A DNA stretch of 64,000 nucleotides. It comes from a virus. Taxonomy: Duplodnaviria > Caudoviricetes. Numbering within the stretch: the first letter of the stretch is position 1; each line of letters begins with the position of its first letter. The notes beneath the pieces were generated by a model, which did no database searches, had not been told where the DNA came from, and worked only from the letters and a program-made list of their open reading frames with translations. The DNA lies in IMG/VR virus record IMGVR_UViG_3300017967_004030, positions 264-64,263 of that record, one strand, 5' to 3'. The position numbers and the translations under genes were made by a program. Shown here piece by piece: positions 59,345 through 64,000 of the stretch.

Positions 59345-59373
59345 TTGACAAAATTATCTACGTATATTATAAT
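59345..59373 (+). promoter_or_regulatory. Perfect sigma70 consensus promoter TTGACA-17-TATAAT
   Basis: TTGACA 59345-59350, TATAAT 59368-59373, GGAG 59387-59390, ATG 59397. Confidence 0.9.
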
Positions 59374-59378
59374 AAATA
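59371..59378 (+). promoter_or_regulatory. Late promoter motif AATAAATA overlapping the -10 box upstream of gp55
   Basis: Sequence reads TATAATAAATAC. Confidence 0.5.
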
Positions 59379-59396
59379 CTATAACTGGAGCAGTAT

Positions 59397-60239
59397 ATGA
59401 GACCTAAAAATTACCTCAACAACAAAGACATTTTAAAAGAAATACACAGATCAAAAAACACATTTAACAGCTACGTAGAAAAAGATTATGCCGACTATGA
59501 CATCATCTTAGAAAGCGTAGAGAAAGTTAACATAAGAACGATTGCAGAAGCAAAAAGAAATAAAGCAAAACGTTTATCTAACGAAGATTACGAAAAAAGA
59601 AAAATTAATGGTGAAAAAGTAAAACAAGCAGATTGCGAAGTTGATTATAAAACCATTACTAAAGAAGAAATAATCTTTCGTATAATGACGTATGATCACA
59701 TTCCGGAAGAGCCAGGACGTAAAAAGAATCCAAAAACTGTAGCTGATACAAAAACTAAACTAAATTTTCCACCTTTCCAGCATTATAAATTTAACGATGA
59801 CGGTGAACTTGTTTGTGTAGGCAAATCTCACTGGGTTGGAGGAATGGAGAATGGACATTTTTCTAAGGATCACGGCAAAGCAACTAACAAACTTGCACTT
59901 ATGTGGATGAAACTATGTGACAGATATGCAACACGAGGAAATGTGAGAGGATACACTTATAATGACGAAATGCGAGGACAAGCAATATTGCAACTTGCTC
60001 AAATTGGTCTACAGTTTGATGAGTCTAAAAGTCAAAACCCCTTTGCTTATTACACAGCAGCAGTTACAAACTCATTTGTGCGTGTTATCAACATTGAAAA
60101 ACGCAATCAAAACATTAGAGACGACATCCTCGAAATGAACGACTTAACACCGAGTTATACAAGACAACATCAAGGCGAATGGGAAGCTAGTGTAAAACGG
60201 AATGAAGATGCTAGTATTTCATCATTTTCAAAAGAATAG
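59397..60239 (+). CDS. gp55: Late-transcription sigma factor, T4 gp55-like
   Basis: NYLNNKD, N.RGYTYNDEM, FDESKSQNPFAYYT, RVINIEK. Adjacent to gp47/gp46 as in T4-like phages. Confidence 0.85.
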   Translation: MRPKNYLNNKDILKEIHRSKNTFNSYVEKDYADYDIILESVEKVNIRTIAEAKRNKAKRLSNEDYEKRKINGEKVKQADCEVDYKTITKEEIIFRIMTYDHIPEEPGRKKNPKTVADTKTKLNFPPFQHYKFNDDGELVCVGKSHWVGGMENGHFSKDHGKATNKLALMWMKLCDRYATRGNVRGYTYNDEMRGQAILQLAQIGLQFDESKSQNPFAYYTAAVTNSFVRVINIEKRNQNIRDDILEMNDLTPSYTRQHQGEWEASVKRNEDASISSFSKE

Positions 60240-60242
60240 CGG

Positions 60243-60271
60243 TTGACAAGTGTATAATTACATAGTATACT
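60243..60271 (+). promoter_or_regulatory. Sigma70-type promoter TTGACA-17-TATACT
   Basis: TTGACA 60243-60248, TATACT 60266-60271, GGAGG 60287-60291 before the TTG start at 60299. Confidence 0.85.
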
Positions 60272-60298
60272 TTAACAAGTATATATGGAGGATTTTCT

Positions 60299-61315
60299 TT
60301 GTTTAAGAAAGCTGCGGTGTTTACAGACATCCATTTTGGCCTAAAAGGCAACAGTCGCATACACAACGACGACTGCGAAGAATTTATCGATTGGTTTATT
60401 GCAACTGCAAAAGAAAATAATTGTGAAACAGGTATTTTTTGTGGAGACTGGCATCACAACAGAAATTCGCTTAATCTTACTACTATGGATGCAACAATCC
60501 GTAGTATGGAAAAATTAGGTAAAGCTTTTGAACAATTTTTCTTTTTTGATGGCAATCACGACTTGTATTATAAAGACAAGCGTGATGTAAATTCTACTGC
60601 ATTTGCAACTTATATTCCAGGTATCACATTTGTTGACGAAATGACAACTATCGACGATGTTACACTTGTGCCTTGGCTTGTAGGCGACGAATGGAAAAAA
60701 ATGACCAAACTTAAAAGCAAATATGTATTTGGTCATTTTGAACTGCCGTCATTTTATATGAATGCTATGGTACAAATGCCAGATCACGGCGATTTAAAGG
60801 CTGAGCATTTTGCTAATCAAAGTTATGTGTTTTCAGGACATTTTCACAAACGACAAAAACAAGGCAAAGTACATTACATTGGTAATGCTTTTCCGCATAA
60901 TTATGCAGATGCTTGGGACGACGATCGTGGTATGATGATACTCGATCGAGAAAACAATGCAGAACCAGAATATATTAACTGGTCAAACTGTCCTAAATAT
61001 CGTACTGTTAAACTTTCTCAATTATTAGACGAAACAGAAACACTTGTCAAAGATAAAATGTATCTAAGAGTAACGCTTGACTTGCCTATTAGTTATGAAG
61101 AAGCAAACTTTATCAAAGAAACATTTATTAAACAATACGGATGTAGAGAAATTACATTAATTCCTCAAAAACAAATAGAAGAAATTTCAACTGATTTAGA
61201 CATTGCACAGTTTGAAAGTGTAGATCAAATTGTTGCCGGTGAAATTGCAGAATTAGATACAGAAAACTACAACAAAAAGATGCTGTTAGACATCTATAAT
61301 GGACTTGAACAATAA
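60299..61315 (+). CDS. gp47: Recombination endonuclease subunit, Mre11/SbcD-like
   Basis: Metallophosphoesterase motifs DIHFG, GDWHH, GNHD, GHFE, SGHFH. Confidence 0.9.
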   Translation: MFKKAAVFTDIHFGLKGNSRIHNDDCEEFIDWFIATAKENNCETGIFCGDWHHNRNSLNLTTMDATIRSMEKLGKAFEQFFFFDGNHDLYYKDKRDVNSTAFATYIPGITFVDEMTTIDDVTLVPWLVGDEWKKMTKLKSKYVFGHFELPSFYMNAMVQMPDHGDLKAEHFANQSYVFSGHFHKRQKQGKVHYIGNAFPHNYADAWDDDRGMMILDRENNAEPEYINWSNCPKYRTVKLSQLLDETETLVKDKMYLRVTLDLPISYEEANFIKETFIKQYGCREITLIPQKQIEEISTDLDIAQFESVDQIVAGEIAELDTENYNKKMLLDIYNGLEQ

Positions 61316-63088
61316 ATGATTCGTATCAAAGATTTAACTGTAAAAAACTTTATGAGTGTGGGCAACCAGACTCAGGCTGTTGACTTTAATCGCGAACAGC
61401 TCACTTTAGTGCTTGGCGAAAACTTAGACCAAGGAGGTGACGATTCCGGATCCCGTAACGGTACAGGCAAAACAACGATAATCAATGCATTATCTTACGC
61501 TTTGTACGGTCAAGCACTGACTAACATCAAGAGGAATAATCTTATTAATAAGACAAATTCTAAAGGGATGTTAGTCACCCTACACTTTGAAAAGAATGGC
61601 GTAGATTATAGGATTGAGCGCGGTCGCTCTCCTAATGTACTTAAATTCTTTGTCAATGATCAAGAACAAGAACTAATTGACGAATCGCAAGGTGATAGTA
61701 GAAAAACACAAGAATCGATTAGTGAACTTCTTGGTATGAGTCACGATATGTTTAAACATATTGTTGCACTCAACACTTATAGCGAACCGTTTCTTTCAAT
61801 GAGAGCAAACGATCAGCGTGATATTATTGAACAATTGTTAGGTATAACATTATTAACTGAAAAGGCAGAATTGTTAAAAGAACAAATTCGAAATACAAGA
61901 GATACAATTACACAAGAAACACTAAAAATTGAAGCTATTCAAACTGCAAATTCAAAGATTGAAAATACTATTGATAGTTTAAAAAATAATCAACGTGCTT
62001 GGTTAGCAAAAAAACAACAAGACATAAAAAAACTTAGCAACGGTATTGATGAATTAGAGAAAGTTGATATTGATTTAGAATTAGATGCGCACGAAAAATT
62101 GCAAAACTGGACTGAATTAAACAATGCAATTACGGCTCTTAATAAAGAAAAAAGCACATTAGAGAGTGCATTGCTACGTGCTACTAAGAGTGTTGAAAAA
62201 GCCGAAAAAGACATCGCAAATCTTGACGATGCTACTTGTTATACTTGTGGACAAGCATTACACGAAGATAAAAAAACAGAAATTGAGTCAAGAAAAGCAA
62301 AAGAACTTAATGATGCAATGGCGTATCAAACCGAAGTAGGTAATAAACTGCAAGAAGTATTATCTGGCCTTGAAGAAATAGGTAATATTAACGGAAAACC
62401 GAATACGTTTTACGAAACTGCAAAAGAAGCATATGAACACAGAAACAACGTAGATAACTTAAAGCAAGCATTGCTAAGTAAAGAGCAAGAAGATGATCCA
62501 TATCAATCACAAATAGACGATTTAACAAATACAGCACTTCAAGAAATTGACTGGAATATCGTAAACGAACTAACTTCGTTTAAAGAACACCAAGAATTTT
62601 TGTTAAAGCTACTTACAAACAAAGATAGCTTCATTCGTAAAAAGATTATTGATCAAAATCTTGCATATTTGAACAACAGGCTCACATATTACCTCGATAA
62701 ACTAGGCTTACCGCACCAAGTAGTATTCCAAAACGACTTAAATGTAGAAATTACCCAACTAGGACAAGACTTAGACTTTGATAACTTGTCAAGAGGTGAG
62801 CGTAACCGTTTGATTCTTGGATTAAGTTTTGCATTCCGTGATGTTTGGGAAAGTTTATATCAACATATTAACTTGTTGTTTATCGACGAGTTGATCGATA
62901 GTGGTATGGATACTGCTGGTGTTGAAAATTCACTAAGCATCCTTAAAAAAATGGGCAGAGAACGTGACAAAAACATTTATTTGATTAGTCACAAAGATGA
63001 GCTAGTAGGAAGAGTTAACCACGTTCTAAAAGTTATTAAAGAAAATGGATTTACTAGCTACGAAAATGACATAGAAGTAATAGACTAA
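61316..63088 (+). CDS. gp46: Recombination ATPase subunit, Rad50/SbcC-like
   Basis: KNFMS, Walker A NGTGKT, coiled coil with CYTC zinc hook, LSRGE signature, FIDE Walker B, ISH. Confidence 0.92.
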   Translation: MIRIKDLTVKNFMSVGNQTQAVDFNREQLTLVLGENLDQGGDDSGSRNGTGKTTIINALSYALYGQALTNIKRNNLINKTNSKGMLVTLHFEKNGVDYRIERGRSPNVLKFFVNDQEQELIDESQGDSRKTQESISELLGMSHDMFKHIVALNTYSEPFLSMRANDQRDIIEQLLGITLLTEKAELLKEQIRNTRDTITQETLKIEAIQTANSKIENTIDSLKNNQRAWLAKKQQDIKKLSNGIDELEKVDIDLELDAHEKLQNWTELNNAITALNKEKSTLESALLRATKSVEKAEKDIANLDDATCYTCGQALHEDKKTEIESRKAKELNDAMAYQTEVGNKLQEVLSGLEEIGNINGKPNTFYETAKEAYEHRNNVDNLKQALLSKEQEDDPYQSQIDDLTNTALQEIDWNIVNELTSFKEHQEFLLKLLTNKDSFIRKKIIDQNLAYLNNRLTYYLDKLGLPHQVVFQNDLNVEITQLGQDLDFDNLSRGERNRLILGLSFAFRDVWESLYQHINLLFIDELIDSGMDTAGVENSLSILKKMGRERDKNIYLISHKDELVGRVNHVLKVIKENGFTSYENDIEVID

Positions 63089-63291
63089 TGGAAAATGATG
63101 TTCACGATCAGTTAGTCAAAGCATATTTAGAATATTTTAAGGCTAACGAAAAGTTTGAAAGGCAAAATAGTGTTCGCACACATAGATATGTACGTAAATG
63201 TTTACGTGACATTAGACAACTAGCAAAAGACAGAGCAGACGAAATACACGTATATCATAACACTACACGAAAAACCAGAAAAGGCACTTAA
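63088..63291 (+). CDS. Small basic helical hypothetical protein
   Basis: 67 aa, start overlaps the gp46 stop (TAATG). Arg/Lys-rich. Confidence 0.7.
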   Translation: MENDVHDQLVKAYLEYFKANEKFERQNSVRTHRYVRKCLRDIRQLAKDRADEIHVYHNTTRKTRKGT

Positions 63292-63316
63292 CTGTTTAGG
63301 TAGAAATACATAATGT

Positions 63317-63766
63317 ATGAATTGGACATATCAAGGTAAACAAATAGACACTATACCAGACGAGTATGAGGGTTTTGTTTACTTAATAACCAATATTACT
63401 ACTGGACAAAAGTACATAGGCAAAAAACTAGCAAAGTTTAAAACAACTAAGCCACCTCTCAAAGGCAAAAAGAACAAACGTAGAGGCTACAAAGAAAGCG
63501 ATTGGCGTGACTATTGGGGATCATCTGATAGACTACAAGCTGATGTTGAAGCACTAGGCCCAGAAAACTTCACAAGAGAAATATTATATCTTTGCAAAGG
63601 CAGAGGCGAAATGTCTTATCTAGAGGCTAAAGAGCAGTTTGACCGTCGTGTATTAGAGACAGATGAGTATTATAACGGAATTATTAATGTAAGAGTTGGC
63701 GGCTCAGACAAATTAAAACAAGCTCTATTAGAACACACCATCAAGGCAAAACATTCCAACACATAA
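63317..63766 (+). CDS. GIY-YIG family endonuclease (single catalytic domain)
   Basis: GFVYLITN...KYIGKK, YWGSS, FTREIL, conserved Glu (YLEAKEQ) and YYN. Confidence 0.8.
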   Translation: MNWTYQGKQIDTIPDEYEGFVYLITNITTGQKYIGKKLAKFKTTKPPLKGKKNKRRGYKESDWRDYWGSSDRLQADVEALGPENFTREILYLCKGRGEMSYLEAKEQFDRRVLETDEYYNGIINVRVGGSDKLKQALLEHTIKAKHSNT

Positions 63767-64000
63767 GGTTAGCGGGCCAGACTAGAAATACCGCTGTGGA
63801 AAAAGCATCCGTATAGGAGCACACGTAACACGTTGAGCGGCGTTCGGTAGTAGAGCGTTTGATTGACGTAGACTGAATGTTGGCTGTCGAAAAACTGCAC
63901 ATTGTACATAAAAACCGTATGCACTAGGAACGAAGCAACGGGTAGCGAAAGCGATGTCGACGTAGGTTGGGAAAGGTCAGAGCCCATTGTACAGCAGAAA
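63767..64000 (+). ncRNA. Candidate structured non-coding RNA of unknown family (truncated by the window end)
   Basis: About 47% GC by hand count over 63781-64000, clearly above the neighbouring genes. No credible ORF. At least seven helices, several with G-U pairs favouring the plus strand. Confidence 0.6.

Noticed and set aside
2477-62214. Remaining short ORFs of 60-160 aa nested antisense within long genes
   Set aside because: They lie fully within well-supported genes on the other strand or frame and carry no motifs.
62780-62800. Non-canonical ABC signature LSRGE in gp46
   Set aside because: Phage Rad50-like proteins often deviate from LSGG, and all other motifs are intact.
63769-63987. 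72-aa minus-strand ORF
   Set aside because: No recognisable motif, opposite to the local gene direction, and the region is better explained by plus-strand RNA structure.
1-64000. Stop-codon reassignment as seen in some large phages
   Set aside because: Very long ORFs are intact in the standard code, and TAG and TGA terminate genes at sensible places (TAG at 12814, 14104 and 60239; TGA at 233 and 3365).

Overview
A 64 kb, AT-rich, densely coding segment of a large T4-like (myovirus/jumbo-type) bacteriophage read in the standard bacterial code. Left (1-14.1 kb): a sugar and protein modification island with several glycosyltransferase-like genes, a UDP-glucose dehydrogenase family gene, a radical SAM enzyme, two 2OG-Fe(II) oxygenases, and an inverted cassette encoding a short DegT-type aminotransferase, an SGNH hydrolase and an amidinotransferase. 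Middle (14.1-59.3 kb, minus strand): a tail/baseplate module with two giant Ig/Calx-beta-like fibre paralogues, three fibre/collar paralogues, a 5311-aa baseplate protein, gp6, gp25, a gp5-like spike fused to an M15 peptidase, a lysozyme, a hub, a gp53-like and a tube-initiator-like gene, mostly preceded by TAAATA late-promoter motifs. Right (59.4-64 kb, plus strand): gp55 late sigma factor, gp47/gp46 (Mre11/Rad50), a GIY-YIG nuclease and a highly base-paired non-coding stretch cut by the window edge. Best leads: (1) a prolyl-4-hydroxylase-like gene directly behind a fibre gene with 15-, 19- and 25-residue polyproline runs and in front of a glycosyltransferase operon, suggesting hydroxyproline glycosylation of the virion; (2) an unassigned structured RNA directly after the GIY-YIG gene; (3) an aminotransferase plus amidinotransferase cassette that could make a guanidino-sugar; (4) a 15-bp hairpin hiding the hydroxylase start codon with a late promoter at its loop. 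All product calls come from reading motifs by eye; no searches were run.
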